The position numbers and the translations under genes were made by a program. The notes beneath the pieces were generated by a model that saw nothing but the letters and a program-made list of their open reading frames with translations, did not search any database and was not told the origin of the DNA. From Candidatus Algichlamydia australiensis (GTDB lineage: Bacteria; Chlamydiota; Chlamydiia; Chlamydiales; JAJFMI01): a DNA stretch of 64,000 nt. This document shows positions 1-10,915 of this stretch, one piece after another; position 1 is the stretch's first letter; the number at the start of each line of letters is the position of its first letter. The stretch covers positions 32,001-96,000 of the forward strand of contig JAXCHI010000002.1 in assembly GCA_033977065.1 (NCBI GenBank), given 5' to 3'.

Positions 1-107
1 TGGCATGAACCGATCTCATTAAAGCTGTTATTTGAATTTTTTTTGTTATTTTGAGGCAATTTCCCTCTGTACTGGACAAAAATTTCACCAATGGGAGAGC
101 TGCGCCT

Positions 108-1625
108 TTATGAAATAGATTCATATCGTCTCCTTCTCATGCGTTTGAGAGCAAAGTGGTCAAAGAGGGGGGCAAAAACGTTACCAAGCAAGATGGCGAG
201 CATCACACCTTCAGGGTATGCGGGATTGATCGTTCGAATCAAAATCGCCATGGCACCTACAAAAATTCCGTAAATCCACTTGGCGCGGTTAAGACTTGGA
301 GAGGAGACGGGATCTGTCAACATAAAGACAAGACCAAAAGCAAAGCTCCCAATCAATAGATGTTTATATGCAGGGAAATCAAATTTCGCGGGATTCCACG
401 CGCCGTGGTTAGGGCCAATCCAAGAAGAAGCAAACTCAAATAGATAGGCAATGCCTAAGGCGCCAATTAACATAGCCAACATGGAACGCCAAGAGCCGAT
501 GCGTGTTACAAGGAGGACTAGTGCACCGAATAGAACAAAGAGAGTGGAGGTCTCACCCATAGAGCCCAGCATGTTTCCGAAGAAAAAATTACCATTTGTA
601 AAGAGGCCACTACCCCATTTGAGTTTGGCGAATTGAAAGGCACTCTCAAAATTTTCTGGGGAGAGACCAAGACCGCCACTCTCTATCTTTGCGGTGATAA
701 AATTTTTCAATTGTGTGGGATTGAGCATACCCAGTTTTGCTCCTGGGGCAAAAAGCGCGCTCCATTTTGCGAACTGTAGGGAAATCAGATCCCATGTACC
801 TACTTTTTCGGTAAACTGTGTCGCAATCGCATCTACATGAATGCGTTTTATTTCAAAAGGAATATTAAAAATTCCAAGAGGGGTGTCTTGTGAAATGCCA
901 TCAAGTGTGCCGAGATCAAGAGAGTGATTCATTGCCTGAATACTCTCTTTAATTTTGACCGGGTTTGTCCCTACCCAAATTTGCCCCGCCATCTTTGTTG
1001 GGTAGGCAAAAAAGAGAAAGCAGCGACATGTGAGGGCAGGATTTAAAATATTCATTCCCGAGCCGCCAAACAGCTCTTTGCTTAAAATAATTCCAGCACT
1101 CACACCCACAGCGACCATCCAGTAGGGAATGGTTGGAGGCAGAATAAGAGCAAACAAGATCCCTGAAACTAAAAATCCTTCGGAAATTTCGTGGCGTCTG
1201 ACAATAGCAAAAAGGGCTTCCCAAAATCCCCCAACAGCATAGGAGATGATGAGAACAGGTAAAAAAGCGCCGCAACCGTAAAGCAAAATTTTCCCTATAT
1301 GCGAAAAACCAAATTGAAAATATTTAGGAAAACTTTTTGAGGCTTCAAGATAAGACTCTAAAAAAGCAAGATCACCGCTACTGTAGACCAACTTTTGTAG
1401 ACCCGTATTCCAAATGGCCATAAGGGTACAGGGCAGCAGAGCAAAGACAACAATCACCATCCAGCGCTTGAGATCGATCGCGTCACGAATGTGAGGGCCA
1501 GATCGCGTTTGATCGGGAACCTCGTAGAAAAAACTATCAAGGGCAGTTACAAGAGGGCGAAACCGGTTGAGTGGTCCACCTTCTTCACTTATTTTTAGTC
1601 CGTAATCGAAGAGTTTGCGTAGCAT
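108..1625 (-). CDS. nqrB: Na+-translocating NADH:quinone oxidoreductase subunit B
   Basis: Polytopic membrane protein with NqrB/RnfD motifs (GPHIRDAIDLKR, KELFGGSGMNILNPAL, GSMGETS, TDPVS, PAYPEGVMLAILLGNVFAPLFD); has the long internal insertion typical of chlamydial NqrB. Confidence 0.95.
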   Translation of the reverse strand: MLRKLFDYGLKISEEGGPLNRFRPLVTALDSFFYEVPDQTRSGPHIRDAIDLKRWMVIVVFALLPCTLMAIWNTGLQKLVYSSGDLAFLESYLEASKSFPKYFQFGFSHIGKILLYGCGAFLPVLIISYAVGGFWEALFAIVRRHEISEGFLVSGILFALILPPTIPYWMVAVGVSAGIILSKELFGGSGMNILNPALTCRCFLFFAYPTKMAGQIWVGTNPVKIKESIQAMNHSLDLGTLDGISQDTPLGIFNIPFEIKRIHVDAIATQFTEKVGTWDLISLQFAKWSALFAPGAKLGMLNPTQLKNFITAKIESGGLGLSPENFESAFQFAKLKWGSGLFTNGNFFFGNMLGSMGETSTLFVLFGALVLLVTRIGSWRSMLAMLIGALGIAYLFEFASSWIGPNHGAWNPAKFDFPAYKHLLIGSFAFGLVFMLTDPVSSPSLNRAKWIYGIFVGAMAILIRTINPAYPEGVMLAILLGNVFAPLFDHFALKRMRRRRYESIS

Positions 1626-1669
1626 CTATAGAGAATGTTATAATCAACAGACGGTAGCAAAAAAAGATT

Positions 1670-4600
1670 ATGTGGAAAAGAAAAAAACTTTTATTTCTGA
1701 TCATTCCTGTTTTGGCAGTTGGTTTGCTCTTCTCTTTCCGTCGTCAAGTAGCTACTTTTGCCTTTAAATCCTACCTAGGTCGATATGTAGAGGGGGCTGG
1801 CAAATGTGATCTCACATTTGGTGAAGTGACATGGGAAGGAAAGGGATTTACGATTGAGCGTTTTCATCTCGAGAAAGAGGGGGAGTATGAGCTTAAAATT
1901 CGCAAACTTCACTTTAATTTCCCAAGGGACCTCTATCTCCATAGACCAAAATTTAAAGTTTGCAAAACAGATGGTCCTGCGATCCGTTTAAAAAATCGAC
2001 GTCATAAGGGATCATCAGGAAATCTGATAGTAGAAAAAGGGGAAATTGAAACGCCCCTCTCTAAAGCCTATTTTGCTTATGAAGACGACATTTTGCGCTG
2101 CTATTTCGATGATTCAGAAGTTCTTGCTAACTTTTCCACGCCGCAGAAAAAAGAGTTTTTAACCCACATCTCTACACGTGGGGCAGATGCTGCCTGGCTC
2201 TTTGGGCTTCTCTATCCCTTCGTTCCAACACATGACCTTGAGTTAGAAAAAGGCAAAGTAAAAGGGGAGTTGGATTGGCTTGTTTCAAAAAAAGAGTCCA
2301 CAGCAAAAGGAGCTTTTCATTTTGAAAATCTCTCCGCTAAACGAGGTGATATGGAATTTTTTGCAGAGAACCTCCACCTCTTAGGAACCTGGCCGGAAGC
2401 AAAAGTGGAGCTTACGGGAGGGGAACTAGAACTTTTGTCAGGAAACTACCACTTTTCAGGACTGCAGGGCCGCTATGAGCAGGGGGATGCCCTTTACTTC
2501 TCTTTTGAAGGGGAGTGCGCACATAAAAATCTCTCAGCACCCTTTTTTGTTCAAGGACAGGATTTTGGTGATCGTCTATTTGCAAACCTTCTTTTTGACC
2601 GCAGCTCTCTTGCAAACATCGAAGTGAAAGGATCTGATTTTTGCAACTGTTCCATAAAAGTGGAGTCTCCTCAAATTTTAACTTCACATGTGGAGTGGCT
2701 TAGTCCGATCTCTCCGCTCTTTCACGAAATTACAGAAGGGCGTTTTTCGGGAACTGTTTTTACTCAGATTGAGCAAGGAGCTTGTAAAGAGATCAACGCT
2801 TGTAGCATAAAAGGGGAGAACTTCCTCTTTCGAGACATTGAAGTGGAAGAACTTCTTTTAACGGGATGGATTTCTATAGAAAAACTGGCCCGCTCGCGTG
2901 TGAAGGGAGAGTTTCTCTTGAAAGAGAGGGGAGAGGGAAACTTTTTCTATGAGATGGGGGAGTATGATCTTTCAATTACAGCTCCCCCAGACTTGCTTGT
3001 GGGAAAAGAGAAATGGACGATCCCTTCCCTCTTTCTAGAAGCAAAAGGGAGAATTGCAGGGGAGTTGATTACCGCAAAGGGAAGGGCGCATGCAGGGGAT
3101 GAAAGTGTTGACTTCTCCCTGCTCTACGAAGGAGATTCTTTGCGCAAACTTTCACTCCGCTCAGACCGAATCTCCGACCCTTTTTACAGCTACCCTCTCT
3201 CGTTGACAGGTCACGAGATCGATGTAAAAGGAGAGCTGGCTCTGCGAGCGAGTTTTGATAAAGAGAAAGGGACAGAATTTGAACTTCTTCCAATAGATTT
3301 GACCTATGAAAATGAAGAGCTCATTTTACAGGTGAAAGGAGCAACGATTCCTTCCCATTTTATTTTTGAGCCAGGCAAATGGAAGAGCGAAATCATTCTT
3401 TATGGGTCTGAACTAACAGAAAAATCGCGTGATATTCACTTCACGGGATTGAATGGGCGTCTTTTTCTTGAAAATGGTGTGGGGTACTCCTCTTGGATCG
3501 AGGGGGAAGTAGAGGCGTGTCACATTGGAGGAGAGCTAAAATTCAAAGAGGAGCAGTTTGTCTTTCGGGGCAAAGAGTTTAGAGGGGAGCTTTCAGGGCT
3601 GCTCACCTTTTTGCGCCATTTTGAAATGTTTGAAGATTTAGAGACTCCTCTTACGGGAAAGTTTCAATCTTCAGGTGATGGACTGACAATTATACAAGAA
3701 GATGAAAAGAGAGAGATCCAAGTGGCAATGTGTGTTGAAGGGGGAGAGTTGCCACTTACTTATGACACCTCGGCAAAAGATTTGAGTTGCAAAATCCTCT
3801 TTGACTCCCAAAAAAAAGAGTTTGAAGTCCAAGATCTTACAGGGAAGTTGCACCTTTTTGATACACCTGTTTATGGAATTGATGGGCGTCACCTAGCCAT
3901 TAATGATGGTAAGCTGAGTTTTGACTTGCGCGTAAGCAACCATGTGCGAGAAATCGTGAAACTAGTGGGAAGCGGCATCGCTCCTTTTTCCTACTTGATC
4001 GACCTCGATTTAGAGCAGAGTCACCTCTTCGGAGAGCGTTTTGCAAAGGGATCTTTAGAACTCAAGCCCAATGGAAAAATTGTTGCACTCCACACCACTT
4101 TCCCGCTTCACTTGGAGAGTTTAGAAAGACAGGTGCTTGCCCATCTGCCCGACCTTAAGGAGCATCGTCTTGAAGGGCGCGTAGATCTCTCCTTGACCGT
4201 TGAAGAGAGTGGGCAAAAAGCAGCACTTACACTCTTTGGAGAAAAAGTTAGTATTTTAGAGAGAGCTTACGCTCCTTTTTCTACGCTCTTGATCAAAGAG
4301 GGCAAAGAGATCCATCTCGATCATATTCGACTGGGAATGCACGAGTTGCAAGGCGAAGGAGAGTGGCGTGCCGATCAGCTTGATATTACAAAAATTGTGG
4401 GTTTTTCTCCGCAGGGAGAGATCACAGCCTTGAGTGGCAATTACAATTTTGCAAAAAACCGAGGAGAACTGACTTTTGCTTCGAAAAATTGCAATTTGCA
4501 AAAAGTTTTTCCTGTCCTACCATGCTCTGTTGACGCGCAAGCAAAGCTGCATTTTGATCTGCCCGCCAAATCAATCGAAGGAGAAATGGAACTCCAGAGC

Positions 4601-6058
4601 GCAAAATCCCCGATCTGCTTTGCAACAGAGGAACCGATACAGTTTGATTATAAATGGAGAGAAGGAACAGCAGTAAAAAATATCTCACTCAATGTTGATC
4701 AAGCAAAAATTCGCGTAGAAAAATTGCTCCACCGCAAAGGAGAGTGGCACTGCAGAGGAGTCAATCTCTTTCTGCCTCCCGACACCTTTCGTAAAGTTGC
4801 CCATCTCTCACCCTATCTGGATCCGATTCCTTGGGAGAATCAGATCGACCTCTCAGGTGATTTTAGTTTTGGCAGCGAAGGGATTTCTGCTTTGGGAACG
4901 ATAAAAGAGGGCTACTACTGGATAGGCGGACAGTCACTCTTTCTTGAGAAGGGAGCCTTCTCCATGCAACGCAGCAAACTTTTTCTGGATCTTACGACTT
5001 CGCTTCGGGAATTGCCCATTCAGTTAATAGGGGAAATTGATTGCGCTCACCACTTTCGCACGCAACTCAATCTCAAAACGGATCGCGATTTAGAAGGGCT
5101 GAAAATTGTAGGGGATTGGAAAAATGGTCCTATGATTGAGCGGGTAGAAGGAGAATTTTCCGGGCAGAAAGCCCACTTTATCGGGGCAAATATACCAGAA
5201 GAACTTGATGCCATTGCGCTCTCTGGAAACATCCATTTGGACATCCCTCAACTTTTGCCTCTCTTGCCCCTCAATGTACAAAAGAACCTGCAAAAGATGG
5301 AGTTAACGGGAGGTTATGAACTCTCAGGAGATTTGATTCTAGATCGTACAAAGCCTCTTGATGCTATCTTCCAAGGTTTTTTGAAAGGGCGCTACTTTGG
5401 TTTAAGTGGCAATCAATTTAAAACTCTACTGAGTGAAATTGAAATTACGCAAGACCGCATTTTTCTGCGCGATTTTAACCTCTCAGATGAAGCGATTCTG
5501 ATGAAAGTTAACCATGCACTCTTCTCAAGGAAAGAGAAAGATTGGCACTTTTTTATCCCAAAAATTGCTGTTCAAGACTTTCGTCCCTCGCTCATGCGCA
5601 AAAACCATCGACATGAAAAACGCATGAAACCCTTTACTATCCGTAAAATGGCCATTGAAAAATTAGAAGGCTCTCTAGGTGACCCGCACACGATCACGGG
5701 TCGCGGTTCACTCCACTTTATCAATACCTTCAAACGAAGCAATAATCTTCTTGATATACCTATTGAGATTATCTCCCGTCTCGGACTTGACCAATCGATC
5801 CTCATCCCCGTTATGGGCGATATAGATTTTGTTTTTGAAGATGGAGAGATGCAGCTTGTCAAACTCGACAACTGTTTCAGTGAAGGGCGCCACTCACGCT
5901 TTTCCCTCTCTAAAAATCGCCACTCTTACATCGGCCTTGATGGCTCTATTCATGTTGATATCCGAATGAAACAGCATGTGCTTCTACGCTTTACCCAACC
6001 CTTTATGCTTTCTCTGAGAGGAACCCTTGCTAAACCACGCTACTCTCTTAAAGGATGA
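1670..6058 (+). CDS. Large envelope protein, N-terminal membrane anchor plus beta-rich body (possible AsmA/TamB-like)
   Basis: 1462-aa ORF; basic N-terminus followed by a hydrophobic helix; alternating hydrophobic/Gly beta-strand pattern throughout. The family assignment is inference. Confidence 0.55.
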   Translation: MWKRKKLLFLIIPVLAVGLLFSFRRQVATFAFKSYLGRYVEGAGKCDLTFGEVTWEGKGFTIERFHLEKEGEYELKIRKLHFNFPRDLYLHRPKFKVCKTDGPAIRLKNRRHKGSSGNLIVEKGEIETPLSKAYFAYEDDILRCYFDDSEVLANFSTPQKKEFLTHISTRGADAAWLFGLLYPFVPTHDLELEKGKVKGELDWLVSKKESTAKGAFHFENLSAKRGDMEFFAENLHLLGTWPEAKVELTGGELELLSGNYHFSGLQGRYEQGDALYFSFEGECAHKNLSAPFFVQGQDFGDRLFANLLFDRSSLANIEVKGSDFCNCSIKVESPQILTSHVEWLSPISPLFHEITEGRFSGTVFTQIEQGACKEINACSIKGENFLFRDIEVEELLLTGWISIEKLARSRVKGEFLLKERGEGNFFYEMGEYDLSITAPPDLLVGKEKWTIPSLFLEAKGRIAGELITAKGRAHAGDESVDFSLLYEGDSLRKLSLRSDRISDPFYSYPLSLTGHEIDVKGELALRASFDKEKGTEFELLPIDLTYENEELILQVKGATIPSHFIFEPGKWKSEIILYGSELTEKSRDIHFTGLNGRLFLENGVGYSSWIEGEVEACHIGGELKFKEEQFVFRGKEFRGELSGLLTFLRHFEMFEDLETPLTGKFQSSGDGLTIIQEDEKREIQVAMCVEGGELPLTYDTSAKDLSCKILFDSQKKEFEVQDLTGKLHLFDTPVYGIDGRHLAINDGKLSFDLRVSNHVREIVKLVGSGIAPFSYLIDLDLEQSHLFGERFAKGSLELKPNGKIVALHTTFPLHLESLERQVLAHLPDLKEHRLEGRVDLSLTVEESGQKAALTLFGEKVSILERAYAPFSTLLIKEGKEIHLDHIRLGMHELQGEGEWRADQLDITKIVGFSPQGEITALSGNYNFAKNRGELTFASKNCNLQKVFPVLPCSVDAQAKLHFDLPAKSIEGEMELQSAKSPICFATEEPIQFDYKWREGTAVKNISLNVDQAKIRVEKLLHRKGEWHCRGVNLFLPPDTFRKVAHLSPYLDPIPWENQIDLSGDFSFGSEGISALGTIKEGYYWIGGQSLFLEKGAFSMQRSKLFLDLTTSLRELPIQLIGEIDCAHHFRTQLNLKTDRDLEGLKIVGDWKNGPMIERVEGEFSGQKAHFIGANIPEELDAIALSGNIHLDIPQLLPLLPLNVQKNLQKMELTGGYELSGDLILDRTKPLDAIFQGFLKGRYFGLSGNQFKTLLSEIEITQDRIFLRDFNLSDEAILMKVNHALFSRKEKDWHFFIPKIAVQDFRPSLMRKNHRHEKRMKPFTIRKMAIEKLEGSLGDPHTITGRGSLHFINTFKRSNNLLDIPIEIISRLGLDQSILIPVMGDIDFVFEDGEMQLVKLDNCFSEGRHSRFSLSKNRHSYIGLDGSIHVDIRMKQHVLLRFTQPFMLSLRGTLAKPRYSLKG

Positions 6059-6591
6059 GAGACTTCTTCTTTCCTAGAAGCTGTTTGCACTGCAAAGAGC
6101 CGCTCACAGGCAAAGAAAACTTTTTTTGTCCTGTATGTAGAGAGCTTCTGCAACTCCTCTCTCCTAAAAACCGCTGCCCGCGCTGCTTCCGCCCACACCT
6201 GCCCTGCACCTCCTGTCGCAAAAAACCGACAATTTGGACGCGCCGTGCCGCGCTCTTTGATGCAGCAGGTCCAGGCAAAAGTTTGCAGCTGGCGCTTCAT
6301 GAACCCGCTGTCCAGAAACTTGTCGTTTCGTTCATGATTCTCCAAATAGAAAAGCTACAGTGGCCCCAGCCAAATGAAATTCTTTGCCAGCCCTACACTT
6401 TTTTGCAGCGTGTAGCAAAAGGAGCCGATCCCGATCCTGAAATTGTGAAACAACTGAGAAAAAAATTGCGCCTGAAAAAATCGTTGGACACAACTATTCT
6501 TGTGGTGACTTCAGACGGAAGGGAGGTAGATGAAGACAAACTCTTGAGGCGCTTTCCAAAAGAACTCTTACGTCTCGATATCACTCGCTGA
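6055..6591 (+). CDS. ComF-like double zinc-ribbon protein, degenerate PRT domain
   Basis: FFPRSCLHC...CPVC...RCPRC...CTSC is the ComF N-terminal zinc ribbon; ATGA overlap with the upstream gene. Confidence 0.65.
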   Translation: MRDFFFPRSCLHCKEPLTGKENFFCPVCRELLQLLSPKNRCPRCFRPHLPCTSCRKKPTIWTRRAALFDAAGPGKSLQLALHEPAVQKLVVSFMILQIEKLQWPQPNEILCQPYTFLQRVAKGADPDPEIVKQLRKKLRLKKSLDTTILVVTSDGREVDEDKLLRRFPKELLRLDITR

Positions 6592-9285
6592 AAGAGGGTG
6601 TTTCTTTAGAATGTAGGAGATAGCCCAATCGGTGAGGGGGTCTCTTTCACTGTTGCAAGCAAATATTGGGTTTAAAGCTCGAGGCAACCGATAAAATAGA
6701 GGGGGGACCCTATATATTTCTTGTGATTTCGATAGCAGTTTTTTAATAATCAGATCTTCCGTATAACCTGTCATTGAATCGGTAAAATACTCTTTCCAAG
6801 CTTCATTCATTTTTTTAATGGAGTCGACAGAGTATTTATCTAGAGAGATATCTTTTTTTTGAAAGACAGTAATTGGATCCCAATTTTGAATTGCACTTTC
6901 TAGAGGACCGTATAGGTGTGCATAAGGATCTGGTAGATCATCATGAAATTCACCTAAATGACCTGCCATTTCACTATTTTCTATTGAACAAATATTTTTT
7001 AGAATCGATAAAATTTTATCGTTTTCAAAATTTAGATCCTCTTCGTAGGTGATTCTTCTTAACTCCTGAATTCGATCATTTTGAGGATTTATGTCCCTCA
7101 TTAAAAATCGGGCGCATTGTTCAGCTGCGCCATTATGATCCTCTATGTCTTCTTTGCAAGAGGTTAAAAAATCACAGGCAATTTTGTTTTTTTCGGCGAT
7201 TTTCTCTTCTAAGAGATTTTTCTCTTCTAGTTGTATTGATTCATTTAAGAGAGATTTTTCTTCGGAAAAAGTTGAAATCGAATGGGGGATATCCCAGATT
7301 TCTAGCTCTTCTTCACAATTCAAAAGATTTTTCAATTCCCTCTTTAAGTGTTCAATAGATTCGTCATGTCCAATCAGACTCTTTGATAAAAGATGTCGGC
7401 AACATTGCATTGCAGTGGTAGCTACTTCTCGATAAGCTAAAATCGAATTTCTAGCAGAGCCAATAAAAGTTCCTGATGAAACAAGAAAAACAGACTTTGG
7501 AACTTTGCTGTTTCTTTTGTATTTAACCTTTGCAGATGTATCAAGAGGGTGATTGCTGACATGCAAAAGAAATTGTTTTCCAGCAATAGCTCCTTGCGGA
7601 ACCAGGGGCATTTTATCTATTGCCTCTTTAAAAGACCAAATACCTAATTCTACGCTAAGAAGCATGATATAATTCGCTGCGATTGAGGCGGTGTCATAAG
7701 CAGGTTCTTTACCTAAAATAAGAATGACCAAAAAGGGTAGGAGTGGCTTATAATCTTCTCCGCAATCTTCTCCTTGATAGAGCTTAAGAAGAGACTTGGC
7801 AAGAAAGGCATCTGTCGTTTTGCGTAATTTTTTAAGTTCGTCCCATTTGGATAAAATAGATATATCATTATTCTTACCCTTGCGGTAGGGCAAATCTTCT
7901 CTCTTTTGTGATGTTTCTGATGGACAATATACACGTCGACTGATATCCCCACTTTTTCCAATCTTTAATACTTCTTTAATTTGTGTTCCTTGAATGTTCC
8001 AATTGATTTCTTTTTCGTAGAGCTCTTTTATCAAGGAAGAAGAATTGGCATTGATTTTAGTTTTAGAGTAAGTACATATGAAATTGAAGATATCTATTTT
8101 AAATTCATCGAATAGATTCTTTAAATGATCTATGTTATCCATAGCTCGAAAGAATCGGGATTGGGCATCAATTTTTTTTGTTTCTTCTTCAAATTGTTTT
8201 TCGGTTTTAAGGCCTTCCTCTAATTTTTCGATTTCCTTAAGATCTAGATCATATTTTGTTTTGATATCAGTTACGCTATAATTGGCATCTTTTTCAAAAT
8301 TTTCTAAGATCGGAATGATATACTTATAGTTTATTGCGCCAGCAATAAGATTTTCTCTAAGATCATTAGGGATTTCAGCATTTGGTGATGTATTTCTTAA
8401 CTCTTTTAAAATACTACAAACAATTTCTTTTGTCTTTTCGTATATTTTTTTACTAATTTCTATTTCTTTTTCGAAGTTTAGCAATTCATTGTCTGCGATA
8501 GGATTTGACGGCTCTAGAAATATGAGATTATTTAGTTTGAGTTTCTTAGATTTAAGTCCAGGAAGGTACTCGCCTGTTTTTAGATTCAACAAAGGGCGAA
8601 GCTTTTTGCTATTATTATTTTCTTTAAAGGCAAGGCAGGTGATAAGAAGTTCCGCATCATCTACGGATATTTTATTTTCAGTCATTTTTGACAAAAGTAA
8701 CGGGTCGAGAAACTTTGTATTCGTCAAAAATAGTCGCAAGTGGTTCATATTATCAGGATCTTCTGGGCATATTTTTTTTGATAAGTAATGCTCGGCATGG
8801 CTCATAATATAGGAATTGAAGTTTGCAAGATCACGTGCAGAGTTGACATCGAACGATAATTTGCCTTCAATTTTGTTTGTGTCTGTTTTGTTTGTGTCTG
8901 CGGACTCGATCAGTAGCTTTTGTCCATACGAAAAAAGTTGAGAGAAGTGAACAATAGATCTATTTAATTTTTCTATGTATGGTAATTTTTTTTGTAATTC
9001 AAAGAGTGATTCCACATAAGGAGAGCGAGCCCATCTCACAAAGGTTTGGATAAAATGATCACCATATTCTGGGAAAGGTAGGTTATTAAACTCGGCTAAT
9101 TCAGCCCCTTCTTCAAGAGAGGAAGTGCTTCTCGAAGCATGGATCGTTTGAGCTTCTTCAGAGGATTTGCGAAGAGTTTCAGAGCACAAAGAATTTATTT
9201 TGCTAACAGTCTCATTTTTTGGAGTAGAAAAAGAAGTTGAGCTGGCTGCTTGTGAACTTCTAGAACCTGTTAATTGTACATCCAT
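6568..9285 (-). CDS. Hypothetical protein, candidate secreted effector
   Basis: 905-aa ORF, visibly AT-rich, Ser/Thr-rich disordered N-terminus, coiled-coil-like segments. Confidence 0.6.
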   Translation of the reverse strand: MDVQLTGSRSSQAASSTSFSTPKNETVSKINSLCSETLRKSSEEAQTIHASRSTSSLEEGAELAEFNNLPFPEYGDHFIQTFVRWARSPYVESLFELQKKLPYIEKLNRSIVHFSQLFSYGQKLLIESADTNKTDTNKIEGKLSFDVNSARDLANFNSYIMSHAEHYLSKKICPEDPDNMNHLRLFLTNTKFLDPLLLSKMTENKISVDDAELLITCLAFKENNNSKKLRPLLNLKTGEYLPGLKSKKLKLNNLIFLEPSNPIADNELLNFEKEIEISKKIYEKTKEIVCSILKELRNTSPNAEIPNDLRENLIAGAINYKYIIPILENFEKDANYSVTDIKTKYDLDLKEIEKLEEGLKTEKQFEEETKKIDAQSRFFRAMDNIDHLKNLFDEFKIDIFNFICTYSKTKINANSSSLIKELYEKEINWNIQGTQIKEVLKIGKSGDISRRVYCPSETSQKREDLPYRKGKNNDISILSKWDELKKLRKTTDAFLAKSLLKLYQGEDCGEDYKPLLPFLVILILGKEPAYDTASIAANYIMLLSVELGIWSFKEAIDKMPLVPQGAIAGKQFLLHVSNHPLDTSAKVKYKRNSKVPKSVFLVSSGTFIGSARNSILAYREVATTAMQCCRHLLSKSLIGHDESIEHLKRELKNLLNCEEELEIWDIPHSISTFSEEKSLLNESIQLEEKNLLEEKIAEKNKIACDFLTSCKEDIEDHNGAAEQCARFLMRDINPQNDRIQELRRITYEEDLNFENDKILSILKNICSIENSEMAGHLGEFHDDLPDPYAHLYGPLESAIQNWDPITVFQKKDISLDKYSVDSIKKMNEAWKEYFTDSMTGYTEDLIIKKLLSKSQEIYRVPPLFYRLPRALNPIFACNSERDPLTDWAISYILKKHPLSASDIET

Positions 9286-9362
9286 CCTAATCCTATAAAA
9301 GGTTTATGAGGAAGACTATAAATAATTCAACTTTAATATTCAATTGAATTAAAAATTTGTTT

Positions 9363-10721
9363 TTAGGCCTCAATATTACGGCGCGCCATCTGAATCTGGC
9401 GAGCTAACTTCTCATCTTTTTCGAGTAACCCGCGGACCTTTTTCCATGCATGCAGAAGGGTAGAGTGGGTTTTTCCACCAAAGGCGCTGGCTATTTTGAT
9501 GAGAGGATCGCTTAAAAGTTCTTTAGCTAAGTACATCGCAATTTGACGCGGAAGGGCGATCTCTTTCGCACGAGATTTTCCGCGAAGTTCGCTCTCGCGT
9601 ACATTGAAAAGGGTGGCAACAGCACGCAAGATGGTATCCGCATTGATATGTTTTTGCGGTGCGTACTGAAACATTTCGCCCAAACTTTTCTCTGCGACCT
9701 CTTCTGTGATATCAAGATCCATTACGCGGCAGTAAGCGGTAAGGCGATTGAGCGCACCTTCGAGCTGGCGCACATTGGTAAAGATATGTTCAGCAATGAA
9801 GAAGGCGACACCTTGTGGGAGGCGCAAACCGCGTGATTCGGCTTTATGTTGCAAGATGGCTACGCGTGTCTCGAGATCGGGCATACCGATATTAGCAACA
9901 AGGCCCCACTCCATGCGGCCGACCATGCGCTCGGAGAGTTTTAATTGGCCAGGGGGTTTATCTGATGTAATGACAATCTGCTTGCCCTGATTGATCAGCG
10001 CTTCAAAAGTGTTGCAGAGCTCCTCTTCAAAATTCATGCGCGATTGCAAAAATTGGATATCATCGACGAGCAGAACATCTAAAGAGCGGTAGAAGCGCTT
10101 CATCTTCTCAATCGACTTGTTTCTTAGTGCATCAACCAAAGCGTTAATAAAGCCTTCAGTCGTAATGCACTGCACTTTTAAATTCTTGTTGTGCTTCAAA
10201 ACTTCATGGCCAATGCCGTGCAAAAGGTGGGTCTTTCCAAGACCAACACCGCCATGTATGAACAATGGATTGTAAGAGCGACCAGGACGCTTAGCAACCC
10301 CCATTGCAGCCGATTTAACAAACTGATTGGCAGGGCCTTCAATGAAGTTTTCAAACAGATAATTGCGGTTGAGATTGGGAGAATGGGTGTTCTTTTTTTC
10401 CTCTTTTTTTGCTGTCTCTTTCTTCTTTTTTGTAGTCTTGATCACAAACTCAATAGCAGGTTCTCCCTCAGATTTTAACGGAAGAAAAGTAGCAAGATCT
10501 TGCTTGTAATTGTCTAGTAAATACTGCTGCACAAAGATGTTGGGAACTTCCAGTGAGACGACTTCATCTGAGATCGAAAGTAGCTTGACCGGTTTGATCC
10601 AGTTTGTGAATTCTGCACTTGAAGAGCGCTCCTTCATAAAGAGGAGAAACTGCTGCCAAGCATTTTCTTGATTTGATTTACTTGGTTCTAAAACAGAAAC
10701 GGGGTTTTCTTTTGCGAGCAT
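9363..10721 (-). CDS. dnaA: Chromosomal replication initiator DnaA
   Basis: [17 protein letters not shown]alker [10 protein letters not shown] Walker [11 protein letters not shown]-terminal [19 protein letters not shown]; start chosen at ATG 10721 (MLAKE). Confidence 0.96.
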   Translation of the reverse strand: MLAKENPVSVLEPSKSNQENAWQQFLLFMKERSSSAEFTNWIKPVKLLSISDEVVSLEVPNIFVQQYLLDNYKQDLATFLPLKSEGEPAIEFVIKTTKKKKETAKKEEKKNTHSPNLNRNYLFENFIEGPANQFVKSAAMGVAKRPGRSYNPLFIHGGVGLGKTHLLHGIGHEVLKHNKNLKVQCITTEGFINALVDALRNKSIEKMKRFYRSLDVLLVDDIQFLQSRMNFEEELCNTFEALINQGKQIVITSDKPPGQLKLSERMVGRMEWGLVANIGMPDLETRVAILQHKAESRGLRLPQGVAFFIAEHIFTNVRQLEGALNRLTAYCRVMDLDITEEVAEKSLGEMFQYAPQKHINADTILRAVATLFNVRESELRGKSRAKEIALPRQIAMYLAKELLSDPLIKIASAFGGKTHSTLLHAWKKVRGLLEKDEKLARQIQMARRNIEA

Positions 10722-10915
10722 AGTCATGATATCTACAGAAATTGGGTTTTTTGAACAATCCTTCCACAAAGATTGTTTCGTCCCTATTCGGCTGAGAATT
10801 TACCAACAAAAAGCCAAACTCGCAAGCTTTTTCTGCCAAATTTTTGTTGCGCTTAAGGGGGAGTTAAGAGGGGATAAATTTTCCAAAAAAAACACGAAAT
10901 GATAACGTTTCTCTG

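Noticed and set aside
1..124. Possible start of nqrC downstream of nqrB (open minus frame MNLFHKGAALP...)
   Set aside because: Truncated by the window edge and no recognisable NqrC features
10722..10915. oriC / DnaA boxes upstream of dnaA
   Set aside because: Only 6-7/9 matches to TTATCCACA (e.g. atatctaca, ttaccaaca) and no clear cluster
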